Assembly: GCA_951804945.1 (NCBI GenBank)
Contig: OX638155.1
Span: forward strand, 61,814,001-61,878,000
Direction of reading: 5' to 3'
DNA: 64,000 nucleotides
Source: Podarcis cretensis
Taxonomy: Eukaryota
How positions within the stretch are numbered: position 1 is the first letter of the stretch; each line of letters opens with the position of its first letter. A model generated the notes under the pieces. That model had not been told where the DNA came from and ran no database searches. It worked only from the letters and a program-made list of their open reading frames with translations. Positions 25,663 to 38,771 of this stretch are shown here, piece after piece. The position numbers and the translations under genes were made by a program.

Positions 25663-26100
25663 TTGATAGAACTGTGCTGTCTCCCTGGGGCTAAGATCCA
25701 AGATGTAACTGAACGACTGCAAGGAATCATAAAACCCACTGACAAATACCCCTTCCTCTTGGTTCATGTGGGAACCAATGACACTGCAAGCAATAGCCTC
25801 CAGAAGATCAAAAGAGATTACGAGGCTCTGGGCAGGAAATTGAAGCAATTAAATGCACAAATTGTCATCTCATCTGTCCTCCCAGTTGAATGACGTGGCC
25901 CAGGGAGAGAGGGAAAAATAGTGGAAGTGAACAGCTGGCTTCGCAAATGGTGTAAACAGGAACGGTTTGGATTCTTAGATCACGGACTGCAGTTTCTTGA
26001 AGATGGACTTCTGGCAAGCGATGGGCTGCACCTCACAACGGTTGGGAGGAATGTTCTTGCCAAAAATCTCAGAAACCTCATGAGGAGGGCTTTAAACTGA
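25663..26100 (+). pseudogene. CR1 ORF1 C-terminal SGNH/GDSL esterase-like domain (premature stop 25891-25893)
   Basis: CCLPGAKIQDV..LLVHVGTND..SSVLPVE*RG..NSWLRKWC..DGLHL..RRALN*. Confidence 0.92.
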
Positions 26101-26105
26101 CTAAT

Positions 26106-27519
26106 GTGGGGGAGGGAGACAGTGCTCCTGAAGGTAGGAGTCTATCAATTGATGAAGATGATCATCCAAATGTCATAGACCAAATGGAGCAAACAGCACG
26201 CAGACCTAGTGGTGGGACGAAAAAATCCTTAAATAAGAGTCACGGGGGAATGATTAATGGACTTCAATGTCTGTACACTAATGCGCAAAGCATGGGAAAT
26301 AAACAAGATGAGCTTGAGCTCTTGGTACAGCAAACTAAGTATGACATAATAGGCATCACTGAAACCTGGTGGGATAAGTCCCATGATTGGAATGTAATAT
26401 TTCAGAGAAACAGACCAGACAAGAAAGGAGGAGGAGTGGCATTATATGTCAGGGATGTGTATACCTGTGAAGAGATCCAAGATTTAGAACCTCAAAGCCA
26501 AAGTGAGAGCATTTGGGTCAAAATTAAGGGAGAGAAGAATAACAGTGACCTCACTGTGGGAGTTTACTATAGATCCCCAAGCCAAACGGAGGACATAGAT
26601 GATGCCTTCCTGGAACAGATGGCCAAGCATGCAAAAGGAAGGGAGATAGTAGTAATGGGGGACTTCAATTACCCGGATATTTGTTGGATGTCAAACTCAG
26701 CCAAGAGCATAAGGTCAAACAGATTCCTCACTGGCCTTGCAGACAACTTCATTGTCCAGAAAGTGGGAGAAGCAACAAGAGGAACAGCCATTTTAGATCT
26801 GGTCCTAACCAATGTTGATGACCTGGTTAGTGGGGTAGAAGTAGAAGGATCATTAGGCGTGAGTGATCATGCTCTTCTGAAGTTTACTATACAGCGGAAA
26901 GGAGCAGCCAAGCATACTAGGACTCAATTTCTTGACTTTAAGAAAGCCGACTTCATAAAACTTAGGGAAGTGCTGGGTGAGATCCCATGGACAGTAATAC
27001 TAAAAGGAAAGGGAGTTCATGATGGCTGGGAGTTTGTTAAAAGGGAGATAGTAAAAGCACAACTTCAAGCAATACCAATGAGACGGAAACATGGAAGGTG
27101 CCTAAAGAAGCCAGGGTGGCTATCTAAAGAACTTTTAACTGAGTTAAGATTAAAAAAGGATGTGTACAAAAAATGGAAAAGGGGGGGAACCACCAAAGAG
27201 GAATTCAAACAAATAGCCAGCACGTGTAGACACAAAGTCAGAAAAGCTAAAGCACAGAATGAACTCAGGCTTGCTAGAGAGGTTAAAAGCAACAAAAAAG
27301 GCTTTTATGGGTATGTTCGTAGCAAAAGGAAGAACAAAGAAACAGTGGGGTCACTCAGAGGAGAAGATGGTGAAATGCAAACAGGGGACACAGAAAGGGC
27401 TGAACTCCTCAATGCCTTCTTTGCCTCAGTCTTCTCCAATAAAGAAAACAATGCCCGACCTGAAGAATTTGGAGCAAATGATTCAGCAGAGGAAACACAG
27501 TCCAGAATAACTAAGGAGA
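26106..27519 (+). pseudogene. CR1 ORF2 N-part: APE endonuclease and tether
   Basis: [44 protein letters not shown] motifs; ORF ends at the nested insertion. Confidence 0.96.
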
Positions 27520-27686
27520 AATGAAGTTATAATACAGAAGGGGGAGGTGTGAGGAGGTCGGGGAAATAAGGTTTAAGAAAGAAAGGATTGAAATTATACT
27601 TGTTTGTTTGTTTGTGTATGTTTGTATGTGGGTTTGTGTTTATGTGTTTAAAACCTCAATAAATATTATATTTAAAACAACAACAA
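27520..27686 (+). mobile_element. Nested 5'-truncated retroposon (L1-type 3'UTR) inside CR1 ORF2
   Basis: 17-bp TSD CAGAATAACTAAGGAGA (27503-27519/27687-27703); G-rich then GT-rich body, AATAAA, A/CAA tail. Confidence 0.88.
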
Positions 27687-27703
27687 CAGAATAACTAAGG
27701 AGA

Positions 27704-29185
27704 TAGTACAAGAATACTTGGCTAGTTTAGATGTATTCAAGTCTCCAGGGCCAGATGAACTGCATCCAAGAGTATTAAAAGAACTGGCAGATGTGATCTC
27801 AGAACCACTGGCAGTCATCTTTGAGAATTCCTGGAGAACAGGCGAAGTCCCGGCAGACTGGAGGAGGGCAAATGTTGTCCCTATTTTCAAAAAGGTGAAA
27901 AGAGGGGACCCAAATAATTACCGCCCAGTCAGTCTGACATCAATACCAGGGAAAATTCTGGAGCAGATCATTAAGCAAACAGTCTGTGAGCACCTATAAA
28001 GGAATGCTGTGATCACCAATAGTCAGCATGAAAAATAAGTCATGTCAGACTAACCTGATCTCGTTTTTTGACAGAATTACAAGCCTGGTAGATGAAGGGA
28101 ACGCAGTGGATGTAGCCTACCTTGATTTCAGCAAGACATTTGACAAGGTGCCCCATGATATTCTTGTAAAGAAGCTGGTAAAATGCGGACTTGACTATGC
28201 TACCACTCAGTGGATTTGTAACTGGCTGACTGACCAAACCCAAAGGGTGCTCATCAATGGTTCCTCTTCATCCTGGAGAAGAGTGACTAGTGGGGTGCCA
28301 CAGGGTTCTGTCTTGGGCCTGGTCTTATTCAACATCTTTATCAACGACTTGGATGATGGACTCAAGGGCATCCTGATCAAATTTGCAGATGACACCAAAC
28401 TGGGAGGGGTGGCTAACACCCCAGAGGACAGGATCACACTTCAAAACGACCTTGACAGATTAGAGAACTGGGCCAAAACAAACAAGATGAATTTTAACAG
28501 GGAGAAATGTAAAGTATTGCACTTGGGCAAAAAAAATGAGAGGCACAAATACAAGATGGGTGACACCTGCCTTGAGAGCAGTACATGTGAAAAGGATCTA
28601 GGAGTCTTGGTTGACCACAAACTTGACATGAGCCAACAGTGTGACGCGGCAGCTAAAAAAGCCAATGCAATTCTGGGCTGCATCAATAGGAGTATAGCAT
28701 CTAGATCAAGGGAAGTAGTAGTGCCACTGTATTCTGCTCTGGTCAGACCTCACCTGGAGTACTGTGTCCAGTTCTGGGCACCACAGTTCAAGAAGGACAC
28801 TGACAAACTGGAACGTGTCCAGAGGAGGGCAACCAAAATGGTCAAAGGCCTGGAAACGATGCCTTATGAGGAACGGCTGAGGGAGCTGGGCATGTTTAGC
28901 CTGGAGAAGAGGAGGTTAAGGGGTGATATGATAGCCATGTTCAAATATATAAAAGGATGTCACATAGAGGAGGGAGAAAGGTTGTTTTCTGCTGCTCCAG
29001 AGAAGAGGACACGGAGCAATGGATCCAAACTACAAGAAAGAAGATTCCACCTAAACATTAGGAAGAACTTCCTGACAGTAAGAGCTGTTCGACAGTGGAA
29101 TTTGCTGCCAAGGTGTGTGGTGGAGTCTCCTTCTTTGGAGGTCTTTAAGCAGAGGCTTGACAACCATATGTCAGGAGTGCTCTGA
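27704..29185 (+). pseudogene. CR1 ORF2 reverse transcriptase (stop at 27997-27999 and small frameshifting deletion ~28028)
   Basis: [52 protein letters not shown] motifs. Confidence 0.97.
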
Positions 29186-29559
29186 TGGTGTTTCCTGCTT
29201 GGCAGGGGTTGGACTCGATGGCCCTTGTGGTCTCTTCCAACTCTATGATTCTATGATTCTATGAAAATTCAGTCTGACGTTGCATATGCCCTATGATTGG
29301 AAGAAAGAAATCAGACAGTAAGGATAGCACCAGCTCGGGGTTGCCACTTTTGGAAATAAAATGAAAAACTTGTCTCTCAAGGAAACAAGGAGAGAAAGGC
29401 CACTGTGGTATGGAGGGTTTGTTGTTGTTGTTGTTGTTGTTTGCAGCTGGCCACTTGCTCGGGGCTTGCTGTCCTAGGAATTGGGGTGTCATCAAATGCA
29501 ACATCTACAAGTCTTTTCTTTACAACTTTCTACTCATGGTCTGCCACCTCCAATCACTG

Positions 29560-29950
29560 CTTTCTAGATTTACTTATTCTTTCAGTCAATTTATATACCG
29601 CTTTTTAAAAAACAAATTTCTAAGAGTTTTATAACATAGGTTAAAACATCTTAAAAGACAAATACAAAATACACCCACTGATATTTTTTAAAAAGTAACC
29701 CGCTAAATAGAACATTCTCTTTAGCACCAGAATAAGCATTACACATAAAAAATCTGCTACAAAGATAACAAGGAAAATTCACTTTGTCCTGCATAGTAAG
29801 CAGCTAAACAAAATATGTTCTAAACGTCAGGAAATAAATTTTTACACAGGAAAATCAATTAAAAATGATGAATTCCACATTTATTAATAACGTGATTGAT
29901 AACTAGGCAATAGAAAAATCAACTCTTTCCAACCACCATTTGCCAGATCA
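29560..29950 (-). mobile_element. Degenerate L2 3' end
   Basis: ATTTATATACCGCTTT is the reverse complement of an L2-type tail; GAATTCCAC reads as the WNS motif on the minus strand. Confidence 0.5.
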
Positions 29951-30519
29951 ATCATACAAATAAACAAACAAACCAATCCAATTAAATTCCCAGCCCACTC
30001 TACAACAACAAACGCAACAATCCCACACAAAGTGCATTCCATTCAGTTCCACTCAAGCACACCTTTACATGATCAACATTTTCATGATCAACATGATCAT
30101 TTTTATTAAATTTATATACCACCCTTCATCATTCAAACATATAAGCACTTTAAGCCAACATACTCAAACTTACAATTCAAACAAAATGTCAAATAACACT
30201 GTCCAGTGCTCAGTCTCTTATCCTTGCTCAACAACCCACCCACATGTCTATGCCATGAGACCCAGACACACCTGGACAAATACTGACAAAGAATCAAACA
30301 ACAGTACACACACCTCAAATAAAGGACCCATACTATGCACTCCTCCTTGTCTCTCACTTAGTGGGGAGCAGAATCTTTCCCCAAAGGGATATAGAAACCA
30401 TGTTCTCCAACTTTCTAACAGGCCAGGTATATGAATAGTAAGGTCAAATTTGTGGGTGATACCACATTATTCTGGCTATTAAAAACCTGCAGGAGGAAGC
30501 TGTGCACACATCAAAATGA

Positions 30520-30670
30520 TCCCTCCAAAGTGGTAAATTTGCTTGAGTTTAAATCAGGATAAAGTTATGTACGCATATTGTGGGGTGGGGGAACCTAACT
30601 GCACTTATTGGGTATAGATTGACAGGGACTATCCAAGAAAGATACCTTGACATAATAATAAAAAGCTATT
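30520..30670 (+). mobile_element. Older CR1 RT fragment
   Basis: degenerate match to KW..FN..KCKVMH.G..N..Y.L.G..L..T.QERDLG. Confidence 0.5.
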
Positions 30671-32165
30671 AGAAATACGGCATGTAGAGGATTCTGTACT
30701 AGATCGTCGGATCTTCAGGACTCTTTGTGGTCAGAAGAGTGGTTATTTAGTTGTATTAATAAATATAAATATTCTTTAACTATGCATAGAGATTTGGTTA
30801 TTTTTTTAACCCAGCCAAATATGATTATGAAGTTTTTTTATTTTTTTATTTTTTTGACTGGCAAAACCTATAGAGAAAGGAGGACACAAAAGATTTGGTT
30901 AAATCTGAACTAGTGAATGCTGACAGGTGACAACGCAGATGCGAATGAAACTCTATGAGGTTTATTACAGTGAGATGGTAACGCTGGCAATCTCTTCCAT
31001 ATTGATTTAAGAAACATTTTAAACAACAGGAGAGGATTATGTGCTTTCACTCTGCCTTGATCACTGTTCCCTATGGCACAATGATTGTGATGGTTCAGCT
31101 ATAACGTTGTGGCAGATAACTAAAACTCACTCAAGTACTCAAAGGCTACTTTGTACTCACCAAGTACAGTTCTAACACATTTTTCTTCTTGCGTATATGT
31201 TATAAAGTGGCATTTGCCATTCTTTTATAGGATTTATTTAGGAATGCAGTATTCTTGGCCCAATCCTGTGCTCCATGAAAGGGTAGCTGAGGGGCTGTCG
31301 GATGCTGTGGACCACCCTCTCTGCCACTGGTGAAGCCAGGAATCATTATATGCCCACTTGACCACTTCAGGCTGCAGAACCAACACTTTTAGAAATGCCA
31401 CATATTTGTTCTGCACTTTCCATGAGTTGATTCTTCAGTGTGGCAGGACTTACACTCTGGAACTTCCTCAGGTGCCTCCTCTGTATTGTTTTTGGCACTT
31501 GCTTAACGAATGCTGAGTGTGTGTCTAAGAGGGAAATATGAAGGCAGTTATACCACCTTATCAAACTATTTACTGAGCTTGAGCTACCAGGGTAGCAGAG
31601 GAATGCCCTGCATTCCTATGTGTTTTTTCCTCCCATTGGAAGCAATTGGATGGAAATGGGAAGAAGAGATTTAGCATGACTTAACTTCTCTGAAATTTGG
31701 AAGCACGTCAGGGGACCAGGAAGACATTGGATCCAAGCCACTTCCCTGCCTAGACCCCTTTAGGCCCTACCAATTTTAAGAGCTTACATTGGTTAAATCA
31801 GAGGAGCCAAGGGGTGGGGAGGTAGGCTACAGTGTTGATTTCCCTGCCTGACACTGGAGCTCTGCCACTGAGATCAGAGAGCTAGGTCCATTCTATGCTA
31901 TGGCCTCTGACATTCCCTCCTATGGACCGCAGGCAAATAGCATCTTAAAGGCCATTGATGTGTGTGAGAGAAAGAGAGAACGGGGAAATGTCTCCTTTAA
32001 GAGGATGCCTGCCATGGCAATGCTTGCATGATATTCTAGAACACATTTGTGTGGTTGTTGTTTTTACCTCAGAGATTTATTTAGGCAGATTTGATTGCAT
32101 TAATTGATTGCATTGGTTTTTATCATGCACACTGCTCAGAAATCTAATATGATAGAAGGGTAGCA

Positions 32166-32819
32166 TGTAAACTATAGACAAAAACAAATAGGATACTTCT
32201 GTTTTATTTAACTGGAAGCCAGCCCTCATTATTTAGTTTACGCACAATCTGCACCCAAAAGGTGGTCTCTTGTGCTGACCTAAGCACACAGGGCCACAAC
32301 AGATTCCTGAAGGTGGCTCAGTCAGATAGCATGTAGGATCAGGCTGGATTTTCAGGACCTTGGATAGCTCCTAACAGACAGCTAGCTCCAATAAGGTCTG
32401 TGACTGAGCTGCAGCCTTTCATCCCTCTTAGACCAGACTATCCCTCCAGGCCCAACTCCCTTCTTAAGAGTGAAGACTCTTAAACAGGCTTCCAGCCTAT
32501 ATAGCCTAGCACTTCAGCACCTATCTGTCAAATTCCAACTCAAGTTTGTACGGCAGAATGTGAGGCTTGTGTAGAGGGGATCAGGCTTGCGGAGCTCATG
32601 AAGAAGTATGGTCTCTGGGAGTCACAGTTCTGGTCTTTCTATCTCCTCATTGACAGGCTCTCTCAGTTCTTGGCTTCCGTTCAGAATCTCCACTGGTTTT
32701 GCCACTAGTCTTCCTGGCCCAACTGACTTTTCCTCCTCTGTGTCAGTGTTCTGGCTGCTGCCCACAAGCTACCCCATGTCTCCAATTAAGCAGACTGCAC
32801 CCAGGAGCATAATATGACA
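32166..32819 (-). mobile_element. Possible solo LTR
   Basis: ends ..ATGACA; purine-rich body and TATA-like motif on the minus strand, similar in style to 37672-38164; TSD unclear (GCATG/TCATG). Confidence 0.35.
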
Positions 32820-32829
32820 TCATGACCAG

Positions 32830-33050
32830 TAAAGGCCTGCATTGTGCTCTTTTCGGTACCTGCTAAAAACTTATTGTTTTGAGAAGCCTACCAAGATGCT
32901 TAGAAAGTTGAGGTAATTTTAAACTGTCTTAGTATTTTAACTTTTGTATGGTTGTGATTTCCCCCCTTGATTTTATTGTTTTAGCTTTCTGTAAACTGTT
33001 TTGAGGATTTTTATACAATCAAGTGGTGTATAAACTTTATGAAATAAATA
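32830..33050 (+). mobile_element. L2 3'UTR fragment
   Basis: T-rich UTR then TGTAAACTGTTTTGAG..GTGGTGTATAAA..AAATAAATA. Confidence 0.6.
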
Positions 33051-34194
33051 GGTGATGTATTATTGTTGCAGGGGCATTCAGTTCCAAATTAGAAGGGAAT
33101 GCCACCAATCTGCTGAGGGCAGACTAGCTTAAAATGACAGCGAAACTTTATTTTCTTTTTAAAAAGACAGAAAGAGAGAAACATGGACCCCTGAGTGCCT
33201 CATCGATTGTGAGCCCACTCACACCTGAAAGTTCTGAGAATTCACCCATCTCCAAGATTAGTCCACTCTCCAGGGTGCCATTTTACCCCACTCCTCCAGC
33301 ACTAGCTTAAACAGGTAATAAAAGGCTCCTGTGAACTCTGTGGCATTCACCCACAGATAGTCTGCCCACTTTATCGCAGCACGAGTTCCTGCTCTCAATT
33401 TGCCTCCCCTCTCCCAGTCTCCACTAGGGAGTTTCTGTATTAGGTGTGATGGGTCTCCTCCTGATGCAGAGACACAGCAGAAAGCTTCCTTGGATGGAAG
33501 GTAAAGCCAATCCTTATGCACTGTGGATAGCATCTGACACTGCTGCTGTATAAGCGAAACTGACCTCCACTCACCAACAGTTCTTCTTCTCCCTCTCTTT
33601 GCTCCTGTGGTCTCCTTTGCACCCAATTGGCTCAAAGGGGTTAGGGGCCCCATAATTGGGGATGCAGGGGGTGGAAGGGATGGGAGAGGAAGGGGAAGTC
33701 CTACTGCTTGAGGGGGAATCCTATCACACAATGTTGAATACAACCCATCAATAAAACGTTTCTCGAGACGACTACAAGTTTGTTTGTTTTTTAAACCATA
33801 GGTCCATTATTCATAGCTTGAGCAGAAGTAGCCTTATACAAGACTCCTTACCCACCCAACAAACAAATCAGGTCCATCCTATGGACACACTCCTGAGAGC
33901 CACTTTGTGATCATATGAAAGACAGCTATGAATGCACATCTATCATACACAGGACTTCTCCACACAAGCAGAAACACTAGCCAATCAGGATTTTAACTTA
34001 TATGGAGGAGCCCACATCATCATACTTTCATGTAAATGCTGCTAGACTTCCTTCCACACTACTGCTAAACATATGACCATAGGTGGGCAGAACCAGTCAG
34101 CACATCATTGATGGACATGCCTAGCAAATGCAACCTTCTTCTCAACCATTCCTGAATGCATAGATGAGTCATCTGCAAATCCCTGCTATCTTTT

Positions 34195-34854
34195 TTTAGT
34201 TACACCCCGTTTGGATTACTGTAATGTGCTCTGCGTGGGGTTGCCTTTGAAAAGTGGTCAAAGAGCTGCAGCCAGATTGTTGACTGGGGCTGATTATAGA
34301 GAACATATGATTCCCTTGCTAGAACAGCTACCAGTCTGTTTCTGGGCACAATTCAAAGTGCTGGCTATCACCTCTAAAAACCTACATAGCTTAGTTCCAA
34401 GCTATCTGAAAGACTGTATTCCCTCAAAGAAACCTGCCCAAGTTTTGGTATCATTGGGAGAGGTCTTTCTCCTTGGTCCCACCACTCTCACAGGTACATT
34501 TGGTTTAGCCTGGGAGAGGGCCTTTTTGGTGACTGCTTCCAGACTCTGGAACTCCTTCCCTAGAGAAGCTAGGCTAGTTTCCTCCTTGTTATCCTTCCAC
34601 TGACAGGCGATGACTTCCTTGTTCCAATGGGCTTTGGGGAATTGACTGCTTTTAATTGAAGGGTTGGTGCTATGCTGCTTTTATTGTAATTACTGATATG
34701 TTTTAAACAGATTTTATCTATGTATATAGTTTTACTTCTATCTATATTCAATTGTATTTCAGTGATTGACTTTTCTATCTTTTTCGCAATTATTGTTTTC
34801 ATTTGTAAGCTGCCTTTCATCCCGTCATGGGAAAAAGCGGGGTGTAAATAAATA

Positions 34855-34888
<34 letters not shown>
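34195..34888 (+). mobile_element. L2 LINE 3' fragment with (TAG)n tail
   Basis: RLDYCNVLCVGLP..AAARLLTG..QFKVL..RAF..RLWNSFP; 3'UTR TGTAAGCTGCC..GGGGTGTAAATAAAT. Confidence 0.9.
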
Positions 34889-34889
<1 letters not shown>

Positions 34890-35039
34890 AGGTTGCCAGA
34901 GTATAAATTTTAGTGGCAAGGCTATCCCTATCCTGGAATGGCTGTTGCTGGAAAGCCAACCAGAGTTGGAAAAGGGCACTCTTTGCTGCTGAGGCCACTT
35001 GGGACACACAGCAGGATCCCAAGACTGCAAATCGGTGCA

Positions 35040-35780
35040 TTGCCTTCCAGAAAAGGCTGTTTACCTAATTCCCTAGGAACCACCAACCTGCACAACTTCT
35101 GTCTTGTCAACATTCAGCTTCTACGTTGTGGCCCTCACCCAGGCCATCACTGTGTATCAGTCGTTGGAGAAGCTGAGTAATGTCATCTGCATGTTGATGA
35201 CACCTTGGTCCAAATCTGGCTGATCTCTCCCAGAGACTTCCTATAGACATCATGCAGCAAATAGCAGGACAAACAGAGGTTCTGCAGAACTTGAGAGAGT
35301 TTCAGTGAAGGCTGATGTTGATCTGTCAGGGTCCAGATTTAAGAGTCTGAGACTTCATATCTCCCAACTGTGCTCAATAAGTGCAGGAATCCTACTTCTA
35401 AAACAAACTCTTGAGGAATTTGAGGGACATACCATTGCTTGAAGTTTCACACTTTGCCACCATTGAATGGGATTTAAATGTGCCCTTTCCCCTGGAAATT
35501 AATTGTCCTGGAGTGATGGCTGTCTTGATTCACTCTCCAGAAGCTCTGAGCTATCTTTTCTGGCTTCAGAGCATCCTCCTCAGGGAGTTTTCCCACAGAC
35601 TCTGAAATCTAGGGGATTCAGGCCCCAAGTGATATCCTGGGCAGATGGTCTTGTCATTATCAGAGATCTCTAAGTGCTTCTTGATGTCAGTTTAAAAAAG
35701 AGGTTTTCAGTATTTCAGGGGACAGAGGGCATGAGACTCTCAAAAGATTGGTTGATGACATGCTTATTTTTTCTTCATTT
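35040..35780 (-). mobile_element. Degenerate L2 RT fragment
   Basis: minus strand ~35180-35250 encodes degenerate Y.K.LGE...CHQHADD.QL. Confidence 0.6.
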
Positions 35781-37671
35781 CTCCATGCTGCTGGCAACAG
35801 AACTAACGGGCTGCATTGTGTTGTTTCATACAAACTGACTGAGTTGAAGAGTACTGTACTGGGAATTTATAGTTGATTCTTAGTCACCAAAACTTGGGCA
35901 GTAGACATTGCTTCATCACTCTCACTATCAGCATTTAAAGCCTAACAAGAAGCTAAAACACAGCTTTAAAGAGCCATGCTCCAGTAACCAACTCAGTTTT
36001 CCTATATTTTGGGGTTATATCTGACAACCTGCTGACACATCTCCGTATGTCTAGGAAACCACATGATTAGAATATTTAAAGCTGAGTGGATAAGTCTGAG
36101 ATGGTGGATTCTCTCGTTCAACAGTTCATAAAAAAAAATACCAAGACTTGGAAAGGCTCTGAATTATAGTAAAGTTTACAAGTTGTCTGAGGTGTTGGTG
36201 TGAATAGTTTGCTGAAAATAGGACTTCACACATACTTCCTGCTATTCCTTTTGCTTCCTGTCATAAATGGAGCAGGTGTTGTCTTTTTCTATGGGATTTT
36301 AGGACTTTTCCTATGACACAAAAATCAAAAGGCACACACACTTTGAAAACGGAATTTGAAATGTAATACAGATTTTCTTAGTCAGGACTTATCACTGCAT
36401 AAAGATGAAGGATAGTTTGAAGGACCCTGTATGAGAAGTGGGGAAGGGGGGATCTCACAGGGTGAGATGCTATGAGAAGAGAGGGATACTCCCAGGTGAG
36501 AGCTGGGCAGGCTCACCTTTTTCCATGTGGGATAAAAGTTAAGATATAGCAGTGAGGGAGGATTGTGTAATTTTCCATCTCTTTTCTTCTAGTTTCTCTC
36601 ATTCTAATTCTTTGTAGATTAGTTCATTCTTTTTATTATATCATGAAAAAATTCAAAACAACTTTTTTAAAAAACACACGACTAAGGTTCTTATCACACA
36701 AGCAAAAAAATCCACAATTGGTTCGAATGTCTGTTTGTCCACCCCCAGCCCCCATGAATATCAAACTTTTATCCCAAATAACCATTGCAGTTGTCAAAGA
36801 CCTCCATGGATTCACCAAGCGACGAGTTCCCTTCTCATAATCTGGTTACAGAAATGGGCAAGGGAACCTGTACACTCTCCTCCTTAAGGATTTTGGCCAG
36901 TCTCCACATGCCAGCATGCCCAGGTAGCTCTTATCTCATTTCTACTTCAGAACCTCCGACCTGTAAATTAGTAACCTGGTCCCCAGATGTACACTAAGGG
37001 GATGTGCTTATTCTCTTTACACAGAGCCCCAGCTTCTGTAATTTACCTAAGCACTCCTCAGGTGAGTTGGCTGGTTGCATGCTTACTGGCACATTTGGCC
37101 AGTTTGTATTGTCACGCTCCCATTGGGCTTTGAACGCAACTATACAGTTATGAGTGGAGGAGACCCTGTGGTCTCAGAGAATGCAAATCTCTCCTGGAAA
37201 AGGTGAGGCTGCTTCTGGAGGGGACATCACAGGGGCAGATTGGCTTGGGGAGCTGCCAAGCATGGCCTCAGTATAAGCATCGGTGTTAAATATGGCCTTG
37301 CTAGCAAAGCTCTGTGTCCAAATATTCCAAGTGCAGGTGAGGAGGTCTGCCTAATGGGTGTCAGAACCATGTGTCTTGGACACTGATGCTTGTCTGGATC
37401 TGGGCACCAGGTCCTCTGCCAATGCCTCTCTTTTTCCAGGTGGATGGTGTCTAGTTTATAACAGAACAACATGGCTGACTGTTTTACTACAGAGTGTTCA
37501 TTCATTCTTTTTTCAAAAAAAGGTGTTCATCTTCTCACTGCTGGGTTGAATGACTGAATGCCCTTCAGGCCCATTTCCATGGAAAACTACTCAAATGCTG
37601 CCTAACTGTGGAACATGTTCTAGAGTTCCTTTTGCACCACCCGGCTGATCCATAAGCCAACAAAGACCTTG

Positions 37672-38164
37672 TGTCAGGATGCTTTCAGCGGCTCTCAGAC
37701 CATTGCCCAGGACAGTATAAAAACAAAGAAAAGTTTCTTACCATCCTTTTTTATTTCAGTCTTTACAGAGAGAGGCTATAGAACCCAGCCTCTTGGACAA
37801 TGGCGTTGTCCTGAGTGAAACTCCACCCCACCCCCTGTCTCTCCTACTTCCTCATTCGTCAATTCTACAGGTACTGCTACATGCCCTCTGTCTTCGAGCT
37901 CTTTGCTCTCCTACCCTTCAGGCTCGCCAGGTTCTGGGAAGTGATGCTTCCAGAGGGTCTGGAATGCTTTCTAATGACAATGTGTCAGTCAGGTGTTGCT
38001 CTGGCTCTCCCATGATTTCCCAGCTTTTCCCCTCATCTGCCTCTGAGCTGCTACCTCCCTCAAACCCCTGTTGTTAATCTAGACTGTCTTCCTCTTCCTC
38101 CTCCCTGGAAGGGTCAGGATGGGGAAGTGGACTCCACCATTCCTGCTCTGCCTAGTCCTTGACA
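37672..38164 (-). mobile_element. Solo LTR (Gypsy/BEL-like)
   Basis: TG...CA termini with short IR TGTCAGGA/TCCTTGACA; perfect 5-bp TSD CCTTG; AATAAA near the minus-strand 3' end. Confidence 0.88.
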
Positions 38165-38771
38165 CCTTGATCCGAAATTTGGCCCTTTGTGTCTGAGATA
38201 CCAGAGCAGGGACAGTTTGCCAGGAAGGAGGCTGGTGGAGAAAAGAGCCTAGTGGAAGGCAAGAAGGAGAAGGGAGGGCAAGATCTGGAAAAGCACCAAA
38301 TAAGAATTGCTTAGCCACGTGAATAGTTTCATTTTCTCACTGCTTGTGCCCCGTGTCTCTGTAGTCAGTTGGGCTGAACTGCTGAAACAAACTAGCATAA
38401 TGTCAGGATAGTGGGTTCAGCCATAATGGCAAACCATAACTAAACCAAGATTCACAAATCAGCTTCAAACCATAGATAGGATTTACGAGCCACAAACAAA
38501 ACATTTGGTCACGGTGAGTGTGTAGAATCAAATGGTGAAAATGCTACAGAAGACTTGTAAACGTCATTTTGGTAGTCAAGATAATCCCAGGACCAATTGT
38601 TATTTGATGCAAGAATGCATTCACATATGTTTATCCCCTTGCTTTGATGTATGCTTATTAATTTGTTTTGTGGCTATGATTATCTGTTGGATTGGGATGC
38701 TTGGCTTTTAGCCTAGGGAAGGGAGCTATCCGTCAGACTTGGATGCCAACCACCTATTCTTTCATCAACAA

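Larger units (their letters stand above)
25663..29264 (+). mobile_element. CR1 LINE, 5'-truncated within ORF1, inactivated
   Basis: SGNH-esterase ORF1, APE+RT ORF2, CR1 3'UTR GGGGTTGGACTCGATGGCC..TCCAACTC and (ATTCTATG)n tail. Confidence 0.98.

Noticed and set aside
33258-33743. 161-aa minus-strand ORF
   Set aside because: No recognisable motifs or splice context; overlaps MITE-like sequence.
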